Shown in pieces: positions 1-10,990 of a stretch of DNA of 64,000 nucleotides. This DNA is from Mobula hypostoma (lineage: Eukaryota), in NCBI RefSeq assembly GCF_963921235.1, contig NC_086097.1, positions 30,692,001-30,756,000 on the forward strand. The letters are read 5' to 3'. Position 1 is the first letter of the stretch. Each line of letters starts with the position of its first letter. A model generated the notes under the pieces. It searched no databases. It had not been told where the DNA came from and saw nothing but the letters and a program-made list of their open reading frames with translations. Made by a program: the position numbers and the translations under genes.

Positions 1-438
1 TTGGGCGCCTTTGCACCAAAGTCTTTTTATATCTTATATTGCAGCTGAATCCTGTGCAACTTTTACATTTTTCCACTTTTTAAGGAAAATAATCAAAGTA
101 CGCAACCTTGCAAAACACAGCCGTTATTAATTTCAGATCATTCACAAGACAGGGAGGGGGAGGATCACGGTGCGTTTAAAATAGATTGCTACTACGTTAA
201 AATGAAAACGGAGCCGTGAAATTTCGGGAGCAAAAATTCAAGTCATTGCGAGCTTACTGGAAAGCAAAATGACAACCGGGCTGCAATTATTCGGAAGGAG
301 TACCATGGGGTGGCAACTGCTGGAAAGGGGCGCATGTAAGGGACAGCATTAAGGTTAGGAGGGACCTGATCTTCGAAATTCTTTGCACCAGGCTGCAGTT
401 TGCAAATGCGCACACAATGAAATTAAAACGCCACTTAC

Positions 439-738
439 CGGCCACGCAAAGTGAAAGGGGATAACTATCTTTCCAAGTGCGCTTTTATCTGGGAGAGAAA
501 AAGTATTTTTCCCCAGTACAGGGCTGAATCCGCTCCCAAAAGTGCAGCCTCCAGAGGCGGCGACGCGTGCCTGGTATTCCTTCAAACAAATTTTGAAATA
601 AGTGTCACATTCGTCCTTGATGCATTTTCGATCCAAAGAACCTCTGGAGCCATCGCAGCAATCCCCGTTCTCCAATTCGCCGTTAACGTTCTGCACCGAG
701 TTAACCCGGACCTCGAAATAGCCCTTTGCAAACGAGAC
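439..738 (-). CDS. JAG2: Jagged-2 coding exon 2 (end of signal peptide plus MNNL/C2 N-terminal domain of a Notch ligand); the gene continues beyond the left window edge
   Basis: 300-bp phase-0 exon bounded by ttccacAG and GTaagt. It reads [30 protein letters not shown]...[18 protein letters not shown]...[16 protein letters not shown]...[10 protein letters not shown]. The GYFE motif and adjacency to NUDT14 favour JAG2 over JAG1. Confidence 0.92.
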
Positions 739-867
739 CTGTGGAACAAAAATAAGATTATTTCAAAAAAAGCCGCTGCACTCACCGGCGGTAATTGTGC
801 ACGGAAAGGAGGAAAAATATATTAAATCAGTGCAATGCAACCTAGTGTGGATTATTTCATTGCGTAC

Positions 868-924
868 CTGAACCAAGAAAGTTGACAGCACGATAAGATG
901 ATAGATCCCTTTAAAATCCAGCAT
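868..924 (-). CDS. JAG2: Jagged-2 coding exon 1 (signal peptide MLDFKGIYHLIVLSTFLVQ)
   Basis: ATG at 924-922 with an in-frame stop upstream; 19 mostly hydrophobic codons ending CAG|GTacgc. A 129-bp intron (739-867) splices in frame to exon 2. Confidence 0.82.
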
Positions 925-1409
925 GCCTTCGCTCTTCGCTTGCAAACGTTTATAATAAATCTTCTAAAGACCCAGGCTCGTTGACGGTCCCGGTAAGGAG
1001 TTGTATTCAACGTGACCTTTTTTTTCGCAGCAATGAAACGAATCCAAGGACTGTTTTTTTTTCGCTTCCCCCCCTCCTTTTCTCCCAAGCCCTACCTACA
1101 TATATGTGTTTGCATGTGTTAGAAAGGCAGTGTGTCTGGACCGGCTCCGCTCTAGTGCTGGCTCTGGACTGGAAGGGGTGGGATCTCGGCTCAGATCTCT
1201 AAGCTAGTGAGAGCGTGTGGGGAGGGTACAAACAGCAGCCCGCCTCAGGATAGGAGGAAGAGGGAGAAAACGGATTTAGCACGGCTCAGCACAGGGGCAG
1301 GGTCTGGCACGTTTTTAGCGCAAGACCCAAGTGTTAAACTGCCGCACCCCCGACCGGTGTTAAACTGGCAAGGTTTAAACATGGATCTGGGAAAGATAAG
1401 AGATAAGGC

Positions 1410-1447
1410 TAGCACGGTTCGGCACGGCACGGCACGGCACGGCACGG
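1410..1447. repeat. (GGCAC)n pentanucleotide repeat
   Basis: ggcacggcacggcacggcacggcacgg. Confidence 0.85.
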
Positions 1448-1710
1448 GTGGTGGGGGGGGGCGTGCTGAGTGAGGTAGGGGTGGGTTGACACAGCTCTGG
1501 AGCCGGGCTACACACCAGCATGGGTTGCCACACAACTCTGATCCAGGGATGAACGGGACCAACCAGGTTCTGATGGAAGGGTCAGAGGAGTTCGGCTCGG
1601 CACGGATACGCGCAGACGGCCACAGCTCAAGTCCGCGCACGGGCAATCATTGCTTAGCACGGCACGCCTTATCACGGGTCCCCGCACGGGGAGTGCACTG
1701 CGCCGCTTGG

Positions 1711-2046
1711 GACGTGTCGGGCTAACATAACTCAGTGGGGTTTTGGTCAAGCTAATACGGACGAGGTAAGGTGGGTACTGCTTACAGCGGGTCAGGCTAA
1801 CGTAATTTAGTGGGGTTCTAGTTAGGCTAACAAGGGCGGGCGAGCATAAGTGCGTGCACGGCGCGACTGAGGACGGGTCAGGTTAACGTAACCGTGAGGT
1901 TCTTGTCAGATTAACAAGGACGGGATGGGACGGGCGCCGGGCACGGCTCAGCACGGGTGCGCGCACTAGCGTGCACGGTTTAGCTCGGAACGGGTCAGGA
2001 TAACGTAACTCAGAGAGGTTTTGCCTAGACGTAGACTAACACGGAC
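1711..2046. repeat. Four degenerate copies of a ~50-bp unit in the JAG2 upstream region
   Basis: A unit approximating cgggtcaggctaacgtaactcagtggggttytkgtcargctaacamggac starts near 1712, 1788, 1874 and 1991. Confidence 0.75.
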
Positions 2047-2583
2047 ATGCTCGGCTGTGAGCAAGTGTGAAGCAGCGGGTCCCGGACGCTCTGCACCAGC
2101 CCGGTTATCGCACGCTCTTCGCCGCCGTTCCCGGACCCACCAGCGCGCGGGAGGGAAGGAGATAGGGGTGGGGCCTAGTAACGCGACAACACCACCTCTG
2201 TCCCGCCCCATGCCGCCTCCCACCAATCGCAGAATCGCCAGCCTTCCTGCCAGCACAGGCCAATCAGCAGCGGGGCCACCTCCCTCTCACCCTCTTCGCC
2301 AATCAGCGCTCAGCAATCGGTCCGATCTGAGCCAATCGCCTCGCTTCTGTATTATTAATGAAATTTTGCCTTGTCGGTGCAGGCGTTGAATAACCCCACA
2401 CAAAATTGGTCGGATAATTAATTTACGTTACATGGTCGGCACAACATTGTGGGCCGAAGGGCCTGTAATGTGCTGTAAATTTCTATGTTCGTTTCTCCGT
2501 TATACTCACATAATGTGTTTCTATTCTCGCTCCTACATGTGTGTGATTATTATGTTCCTGCTTATAGATAACCAAGATGGAGC

Positions 2584-3844
2584 GAAACAACAGAGTGCCA
2601 CGTGGGTGGCTAAAAGTGTGGAAATGTATTGACCGTAATGGAAACATCTGTAAAGGATTGAGAGTCATTGAATGGTTTATTGTACATAATTTTATTTTGA
2701 ATAAAGTATATTTTGAAATAAAAAAACCAAAGGTGGAGCAGGTCAGACAGGCCATCATGCACAAGTACCTGGACAATGGGGGCAAGAACGTCCCCAATGT
2801 TGCCCTGATGGCCAGCTTCGTGTTTGGCGGCATCGGGTTGTGTGTAGAACCCGGATATGTGGGCACCAAGGACCACTATGTGCCCAGGTTCCACCTGTTG
2901 TCCTGGCTACGAAGGATGGGTCTGGCCCCACTCCTGCGCAATGCCCCAGTCAGCTGGTCGTTGCCGCCATACCCGTCCTTCGTAGAAAAGTTCTTCCAGG
3001 ACAACGCCTTTGACCACAGGGCTATCAAGCAGTGGTCAGCACGTAATGTCCTGCAGGCACTGCAGGAGAAGGATGTGATGGACACAGTGGGGTGGTTCCC
3101 TGTGCAGACCGTCCAGTTCATCTGGCAAAATGCCTCATCGCCAGACCCCACCAACAGGCACCAAGGCCTCGCCTGGCTGACGGTGAGAGGGGCCCTCCCA
3201 GTCAGATCCCTCCTGTACGCCCGGGATGTCGTCTCCACACCCCGCTGCCCACTGGAGGACTGCAGTGAGAAGGAGCCTGTGACCCACCTCTTTGCACACT
3301 GTGAGTTCACAGAGAAGGTGTGGAGGAGGATGGACAGGCTAGTGTCACGTTTCATCCCCAGCAGCTGCGTAACAGAGGACTCTGATCCACGGGCTGTTCC
3401 CGGGGATGCACATGGAGACCAACATCCGGTGCTGCTGGCAGATCATCAACTCAGTGAAAGACGCTCTTTGGTCGGCCCGAAACTTGATGATCTACCAGCA
3501 CATGGAGATGTCCGTGGGAGAATGCTGCCAACTGGCACATTCTTGGCTGCAGGAGTACGTGCTGAGGGACACACTGAAACTTGGTGCAGCCACCGCAAGG
3601 GCCCGCTGGGGAAGGACCACGGTTTAGGGTTCTTCTTCCCGCAGGAGTGGGAGGGGACGGGTGGCGGGGAGTATACCCCTCAACAATGGTGTGGAAAGAT
3701 GAAACAACAGAGTGCCACGTGGGTGACTAAAAGTGTGGAAATGTATAGACCATAATAGAAGCATCTGTAAAGGATTGACAGACATTGAATGGTTTATTGT
3801 ACATAATTTTATTTTTGAATAAAGTATATTTTGGTAAAAAAAAA
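2584..3844 (+). mobile_element. L1/Tx1-type non-LTR retrotransposon 3' fragment (ORF2 C-terminus with zf-RVT, 3'UTR, polyA), preceded by a second copy of its 3'UTR
   Basis: Reads WQNASSP..AWLTVRGALPVR..RCPLEDCSEKEPVTHLFAHC, then frameshifts into VKDALWSARN...ARARWG. The 3'UTR with aataaa and an A-tail occurs at both 2584-2727 and 3701-3844. Confidence 0.8.
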
Positions 3845-3974
3845 CCATAGGGCAGGCACTTCCCTGAAAAGTATGATTATTTTTCTGTCTTTCAAGGCAG
3901 AGAAATTGTTAACTGGAAGCACAGGAGACTGCAAATGCTGTAAAGGAGAGCAAAAAGAAACAAACTACCATAGG

Positions 3975-4255
3975 AAACAAGAAAATCTGCAGATGCTGTT
4001 AATCCAAGCTACACACAAAATGCAGGGGGAACTCAGCCACACAGTATCTACGGAAAAGAGTATAGCAGACGTTTTGGGTCGAAACCCTTCATCAGGACTG
4101 GGCGGGACTGAGTATCAGAGGAACTCAGCTGGTCAGCCAGCATCAGTGGAGGAAAATTGTCATTCGGTGTTTTGGATCAAGACCCTTCATCTGGACTGTG
4201 CTGAAGGACCTCAAGCTGAAATATCAACTGTTCCATTCCCTCCACAGATATTAAA
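3975..4255. mobile_element. Degenerate Penelope-type terminal repeats, partly inverted
   Basis: ctgcagatgctg...gaactcagc...acccttcatcaggactg motifs shared with 10551-10763 and 17095-18010. Confidence 0.6.
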
Positions 4256-5384
4256 TTGATAAATTAGTTTACTATTGTCACATGTACATTGAAAAATGCT
4301 GTTTCGCACATTGCCCGTGCAGATTATTTCATTACAAAAGTTCACTAAGGTGGTACAAGGTGAAATCAGACTGCAGAATAAAGTGCTACAGTTTGTCTAT
4401 TGCTCAAAATTATTTACTACACGTCACTTATTATTCAAAGTCTTCCCATATAAAAAGCACACATGTGGTGTTATGTTCTACATAAATAGACGTACGATTC
4501 TTAAAGCTTATTTTGCTTTGTTTTATTTCTCTGTAGGCCACTGGTGTGGAAATCAACAGTTTCGCCCTGTCACAGATGTTTCTTTTGTCTTAACCACTCC
4601 TGTAGGCAACCCTCACTGCAAAGTTCAATGATCTTATTTTAATCTATCTTTTCTGGTTCTGGTGAAGAACTTGTGACCCAAAACATTAATCTTGCTTCTC
4701 AGACACTGCCAGATCTGCTGAGTGTCTCCAGCATATTCTGTTTTTAATTTGGGTTTCCATTATCTGCAGAGTTTTTGTTATTTTGGGTTTTCATTCCGTG
4801 GGCCTCACTGGCACTGCATTGAGAGAGGTATTCTGGAGAAGGGGTTGAACTGAGAAAGAGAAACTGAGAAGGTGGGAATGGAGAGGAGACTCACAGGGGA
4901 AAGGGATTATTGCAGCAGTGCTAAAGGAGGGAAGAGGACCAGTCCATGTTGACCACAGTGCCCATGCAGCTCGTCCCATACCCTCTCCTCTACGTACCTT
5001 TCTTAAATGAGACTATTGTACCTACCTCAACCGCTTCCTCTGAGAGTACGATTTTATACTCACCACCCTCTCCCCTTGGTCCCTTTTAAACATTTTCCCT
5101 CTCAGCTCAAATCCACGCCCCTTAGTTTTGGACTCCCCTACTCTGGAGAAAAGACCTACCATCCACTTTATCTATGCCTTGCACAATATTAAACACTTCT
5201 ATAACATTGCTACTCATTCTACTGCATTCCAAGAAAAAATGATCAACTTCTCTCTATAACACAGGCACTCTAGTCCTGGCAATGCTGTCTTTTCACTCTT
5301 CCTTGCACTCTTTCCAGTTTAACGACATCTTTCTTTTAGCATGGTGAATAGAACTTCTCATAACATTGCAGAGATACTCTACAC

Positions 5385-5443
5385 CAGTGGTTCCCAACCT
5401 TTTTTATGCCAAGGAACCCTACCATTAACCGAAGGGTCCCCTG
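5385..5443. mobile_element. Internally deleted hAT (Charlie/Buster-like) MITE
   Basis: Starts cagtggttcccaacc and ends cccctg; 8-bp TSD ctctacac/ctccacac. Confidence 0.7.
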
Positions 5444-6019
5444 CTCCACACAATACATAGATTGTGACTCTCTCATTGGAAGGGAAATTGAAATTGGTTT
5501 ATTACTGGTTCAGAGGAGTGTTGTTTTATTTGGCAGTGTAAATGTGTAAGGTTGAGTGACAATAAACAGATTGAACTTGGACTTTATTGTCACATGTTCA
5601 GTGAAAAGTTTGTCTTTCACACTGTTCATACAGATCAATTAACTACACAGTGCATTGAGGTAGTACAAAGTAAAACAATAACAGAGTGCAGAATAAAATC
5701 TTAGCAGCTATAGAGAGAGTGCAGTGCAGGAAGACAATAAGGTGTAACAAGGAAAGTTGTGTGGTCTAGTGTCTATGGTCAAAGTGAGTATGCATGCAAG
5801 TTGAGTATGCCCCTTCTGTGTGTCTATATCAAGTACCTATGTGTGTTAAATCTCTGCAACAGGGTCTGGTCTTCAATCAAACAGGAAAGTTAATTCTAAC
5901 TGAGTCCTCCTCCTGAAGAAATATATAGGAAACAGAGCTGGTGTAACAACAGACAAGTACAAGGTCTCAGATTCAGAATGTTTTATTATTCTCTGCACCA
6001 GGTGCAAGAAAATTCATTA

Positions 6020-6560
6020 ACACGAGGGATCTGCAGATGCTGGAGGAACTCAGGAGATCAGGCAGTGAATAAACTGCTGGAGAGGAATAAACTATTGGCA
6101 TTTCAGGCAAAACCCTTCATCAGGACTGGAAAGGAAAGGGACTGAAGCCAGAATAAATATGTGGGGAGAGGGAGGAGTACAAGCTAGCAGGTGTAGGTGA
6201 CATGGGAGGTGGGTGGGGAAGGGAGGATGAATTAAGAGGCTGGGAGGTGATAGGTAGAAGAGGTAAAGGCAGAAGAAGAATGAATCTGATAGGAGAGGAC
6301 AGTAGGCCAAAGGAGGAAGAGATCCAGAAGGAGCTTATCTCACTCCTTCCCCTCGCCAGCTTATGAGTAGATTACCGAAGACCTTCTGGTAACTCAAGAC
6401 GACCAATCACTTCTGCACCGTCTCCAATTTAATTAAATCACATCTTTCTTGTATGGGATCTCAGACCAAAACGTTGACTGGTAATTCCCCTCCATAAAGT
6501 TCCTCCAGCATTTTGTGCATGTTGCTCAAGATTCCCAGCACCTGCAAGATCTCTCATGTT
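6020..6560. mobile_element. Penelope-type terminal fragments in both orientations
   Basis: acccttcatcaggactggaaagg plus a purine-rich body; ccaaaacgttgactg...ttcctccagcattttgtg at the right end. Confidence 0.55.
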
Positions 6561-9500
6561 CAACACAGAACACAATGCAAGAGAAATCATTGTTGAAGGA
6601 CATTCAAACCCTGCAGACAGATGGCTGTGCTCCACAAACAGTCATAAGGCTGCTGACCAGCAGGAGGCACTAGTGGGGTACAGAACCTAGACCATCCTAC
6701 AGCCTGCAACACTTGACATCTGTGCAGAGACTTCTGGCTTCCTGCCAGCTCTGGGGTGATAAGAAAGACCAGAGATGCAGGTACTAACTCTCCCAAACCA
6801 GAAACAGTCACAACTCTGGCCGAGTGAACTAGGGCTTTTCTCTTTTGGACCGATGAAGGATGAGAAGCAATGAGATGTATAAGATTATAAGAGGCATAAA
6901 TCGAGTAGATAGCCAGTGCCTTTTCCCAGGGTGGCAATGGCTAATACTCAAAGACGTACTTTTACTGTAAGTTTAGGGAAGTGGTGGATTCCTGCAACAC
7001 ACTGCTAGGGATGATGGTAGAAGCAGTAACATACCAAACAAGAATCAAGTTTATTATTATTTACATATGATAATAAATTTGTTGTTTTGCAGCAGCAGAA
7101 CAATGCAATGCATAAAAATTACTATAAGTTGCAATAAGAAATATAAAAAATAAATCTGCAGTCCACAAAAATAGGGCAACATAATGAGGATGTGATAATG
7201 GACCATTCAAAACCCTAATGGCGTTGGAGAAGAAGCTGTACCTAAAACATTAAGTGTGTGTCTTCAGGCTCCTGTCCCTCCTCCCCGACAGTAGCAATGA
7301 AAAGAGGGCATGTCCTGGATAGTGAGGGTCCTTAATGATGGATGCCACCTTACTGAAACATTTTTTAAAGATATCTTCAAAGGTGGAGAGTGTTGTGCCT
7401 CTGATGGAGCTGGCTGAGTTTACAACCCTCTGCAGCTATTCCTGATCCTACGCATTGCCCCCCACCCACCCCCATACCAGACGGTGATGCAGTCAAAATG
7501 CTCTCCATGGTACATCTGTAGAAACTTGCTAGGGTCTTTGGTGACATGCCAAATACCAATATAAGAGAGTTTTAGATAAGCACATACGTGAAAGAAAAAC
7601 AGAGGGCTGTGGGCTCTGTAGGAGGGAAGGGTGAGATTGATCTTGGAATAGATTGAAAGTTTAGCACAACATTGTGGACAGGTGGCCTGTTCTGTGCTGT
7701 GCTGTTCTATGTTTCATGGTCTAACTCACAAGATGAAGGAGGAGGTAGGCAAGCTGTTAGACATTAAGGTCCAAGAAGAACTTGTGACTGAAGGAACAGA
7801 TGGTGGGTGGAAAGTGTTCATGGGCCCAGCACCTAGTGGACAACTCTACATGGATTCTTCAATCAATTGTATTTATTTACTTATCACACCTGTGTGGAAA
7901 CATACAGTGAAATGTGTAATTTACATGAACAACCAACACAACTCATTAAAGACGTGCCGTGGCAGCCCACAAGGGTCGCCACATATTTTGGTGTCAATAT
8001 AGCAGGCCCGCAATGACAGGCCACAAGTATTGTCACACATTCAGCGCCAACATACATGCCCACCATGTTCAGCAGAACATTAACCACAGGAATCGCTAGT
8101 CTTCATCCACATCACTTGACAACCTGACATCCATCCACAGGGATCGCTGGCCTTTGACGATGAAGCTCTCCTACCTGGACTCCAGCCTGACCTCTACATC
8201 CCCCTCATCCCTGTTCCCAAACCCTAAGCTGTCTTCTAAATCCCCACACCAATCCCTAAACCACCTCGATGAACTTTTCGTTACCACCCTCAGAAGTGCA
8301 GGCAGCATTGGATTGGTGCAGAGGGACGCAGAATTAACATTTCAGGTTCAAAAGTTCAAAGTAACTTCATAATCAAAGTACATATATGGATTGAGATCCA
8401 TTTTCTTGCAGGAATTTACAGGAAAAATACAAACCAGTTAAGATACTCCCCACTGTGCATCTGTAGGAGTTTGTCAAAGCTCCTGTCACCAGATCTGCCC
8501 AAATATCTATCAGAGTAGGCACTCCACCTAAAAACAGGACAGCTTGCACCAATCAGAGTAGCCGCTGCCGATCTTTAACCTGTGAGCCACACTAAATTTG
8601 ATTGCTCACTCAAGAAACTGAAAGGATGAACAGAGTGGCTTCTTTCTGTACAGCAATGCATACAAACTGCTGGATAGACTCTGACATCAGGCGGCATCTA
8701 TGATAAGGAATGAACAGCTGGCGATTCGGGCTAAGACCCTTTATCAGGACTCTTGATGAAGGTTCTCCGCCCAAAACATCAACATTCCTCTCCATTGAGG
8801 CTGATTCCCTCCAGCATTCTGTGTGTATTACTCCGGATTTCCAGCATCTGCAGAATCTCTTGCGTTCCTTCTGTACAGTTCCGATTCCATTCTGTAACTG
8901 AGCCACCGTCTGCAGTTGAACAGGGAGACCTGTCCTGTGTCGGTGCCATATGGAGCCCTGTCATTGTGTGAGCAGGTAAACTGAGTATCAGTGTGGGCAG
9001 GGTGCATCTGAATTATTTATCAAAGCACATGTTTCGATTGCATAAACGTAAACATGATGAGCCCGACCCGTCACATCTGTTACGAAGCTCAACCTCTGGC
9101 CTTTCAGTCTTATCTGCTTTCCAGGTGAATAATGTTTTATTTCTACAGCCTGCACAAAGGATGGAGGGTGTGACCACAATTGGCTGCGCTGCCTCAGCGC
9201 ATATCGCAATATACTCCAGCTGTTCGGTGTGAGCGCTGAGCCAGAGACTGCGATTCCCTCCCCATGGTCAATTAATAACCACGGGAACCATAAGATAATT
9301 CAGCCTGTCAAGTCTGCTCCAGCGTGTGATCATGAACCTAGAACATAACACAGTACAGGCCCTTTTGCCCATGATGTTGTGCTGCCCTTTTCACATACCC
9401 TAATCCAACTCTTCCCTCCTTTTCTATCACCTACAATATGTGTCTAATACATGCCCCTAATATATATGTCACCAGCCCTGGCAGTGTGTTCCAGGCACCC

Positions 9501-10071
9501 ACCTCACTCAGTGTAAAAAAAATCTTTCCTCCGAGATCCTCTTGAACTTACTTTCATTGGCTGATTTATTATCCCTCTCAACCCCATTCTCCTGTCTTTT
9601 CCCTGTAAACCTTTGACTTCTTACTAATCTAAGCTATCAACGTCTGCTTTAAATATCCCCAATGACTTGGTCTCTACAGCCGTCAGTGGTGAAGAATTCC
9701 ACAGATTCATCACCCTTTAGCTAAAGAAATTCCTTATCACCTCTGTTCTAAAGGGACGTCTTCCTATTCTGAGGCTGTGCCCTCTGGTCCTAGACTCTAT
9801 AAAGTGTTGTAAAGCATTACGCTGCCATGCCACCCACGTGTACCAATTCCTATTGCCCCAAGTACCAAGATACAGTGTAAGACTTGCCTGCTTATACTGA
9901 TCATTTCATTACACAGCGCATCAAAGTAGTACAAGATAAAACAATAACAGAATGCAGAATAAATTGTAATAGTTACAGAGAAAGTGCAGTGCAGGCAGAT
10001 GGTAAGGTACAAGATCATAATGAGGTAGATTGTGCAGTCAGGAGTCCATCTCATCATACTCGGGAACCACT

Positions 10072-10990
10072 CAATGGTCTTATCTTGGGACCAGCACATA
10101 AGTGCCATAATAAATAAGACACAACAGTGCCTTTACTTTCTTAGAAGTTTGTGTACATCTGGCATGCCAGCTAAAACTTTGACAAACTTCGACAGATGCA
10201 CAGTGGAGAGTATCCTGACTGGTTGCATCATGACCTGGTATGGAAACACCAATGCCCAGGAATGGAAATGTGGTCGATACAGCCCAGTCCATCACAGGAC
10301 TGTAAAGCCTTGCCCACCATTGAGCAGATTTGCATGGAGCACTGCCACAAGAATGCAGTATCCATCATCAAAGGCCCCTACCATTCAGGCTATGCTCTCT
10401 TCTCACTCCTACCATCATGCAAGAGGTACTGGAGCTTTTGGTCCCACACCACCAGGTCCAGGAACAGTTATTGTCCATCAACCATCAGGCTCCCGAACCA
10501 GCGTGGATAACTTCACTCACCTCAACTCTAAACTGACTCCAGAACCTACAGCAACACACATCAAAGTTGCTGGTGAACGCAGCAGGCCAAGCAGCATCTA
10601 TAGGAAGAGGCGCAGTCGACGTTTCAGGCCGAGACCGACGAAGGGTCTCGGCCTGAAATGTCGACTGCGCCTCTTCCTATAGATGCTGCTTGGCCTGCTG
10701 CGTTCACCAGCAACTTTGATGTGTGTTGCTTGAATTTCCAGCATCTGCAGAATTCCTGTTGTTTCCACAACCTACAGGCTCACTTTCAAGAACTCGACAA
10801 CTCATGCTCTCAGCATTTTTAAAATTTGCACATCTTCTTTTGCACACTGGTTGTTTGTCAGTCTTTGTTTGTGTAAAGTTTTTCATTAATTCTGTTGAAT
10901 TTCTTTATTTTACTGTAATTGTCTGCAAGAAAATGAAACTCAGGGTAGTATATGGTGACACATATGTACTTTTATAATAAGTTTACTTTC
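10072..10990 (+). mobile_element. Rex1/Babar-like LINE 3' fragment interrupted by a Penelope hairpin
   Basis: Reads LSWDQHISAIINKTQQCLYFLRSL...ESILTGCIMTWYGN; the host resumes after the duplicated site at 10764-10776. Confidence 0.7.
10551..10763. mobile_element. Penelope-derived inverted terminal-repeat (hairpin) insertion
   Basis: Near-perfect inverted arms of about 86 bp (10551-10636 and 10644-10729); flanking direct repeat tccagaacctaca/tccacaacctaca. Confidence 0.8.

Larger units (their letters stand above)
1400..2345 (-). promoter_or_regulatory. CpG-rich JAG2 promoter/5' region with clustered CCAAT boxes and a GC box
   Basis: Dense CpG compared with the rest of the window; CCAATC at about 2224, 2261, 2299 and 2333; cccgcccc at about 2202; lies directly upstream of JAG2 exon 1. 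The TSS cannot be determined from sequence. Confidence 0.65.

Noticed and set aside
355..696. ORF-track boundaries for the Jagged peptide
   Set aside because: Splice sites define the exon as 439-738; the ORF tail after FAWP is intron.
2577..3755. 392-aa ORF as a host gene, or the flanking repeats as LTRs
   Set aside because: The ORF is a chance fusion of 3'UTR, Tx1 ORF2 and a frameshifted tail. The repeats end in aataaa plus polyA and lack TG..CA, PBS and PPT.
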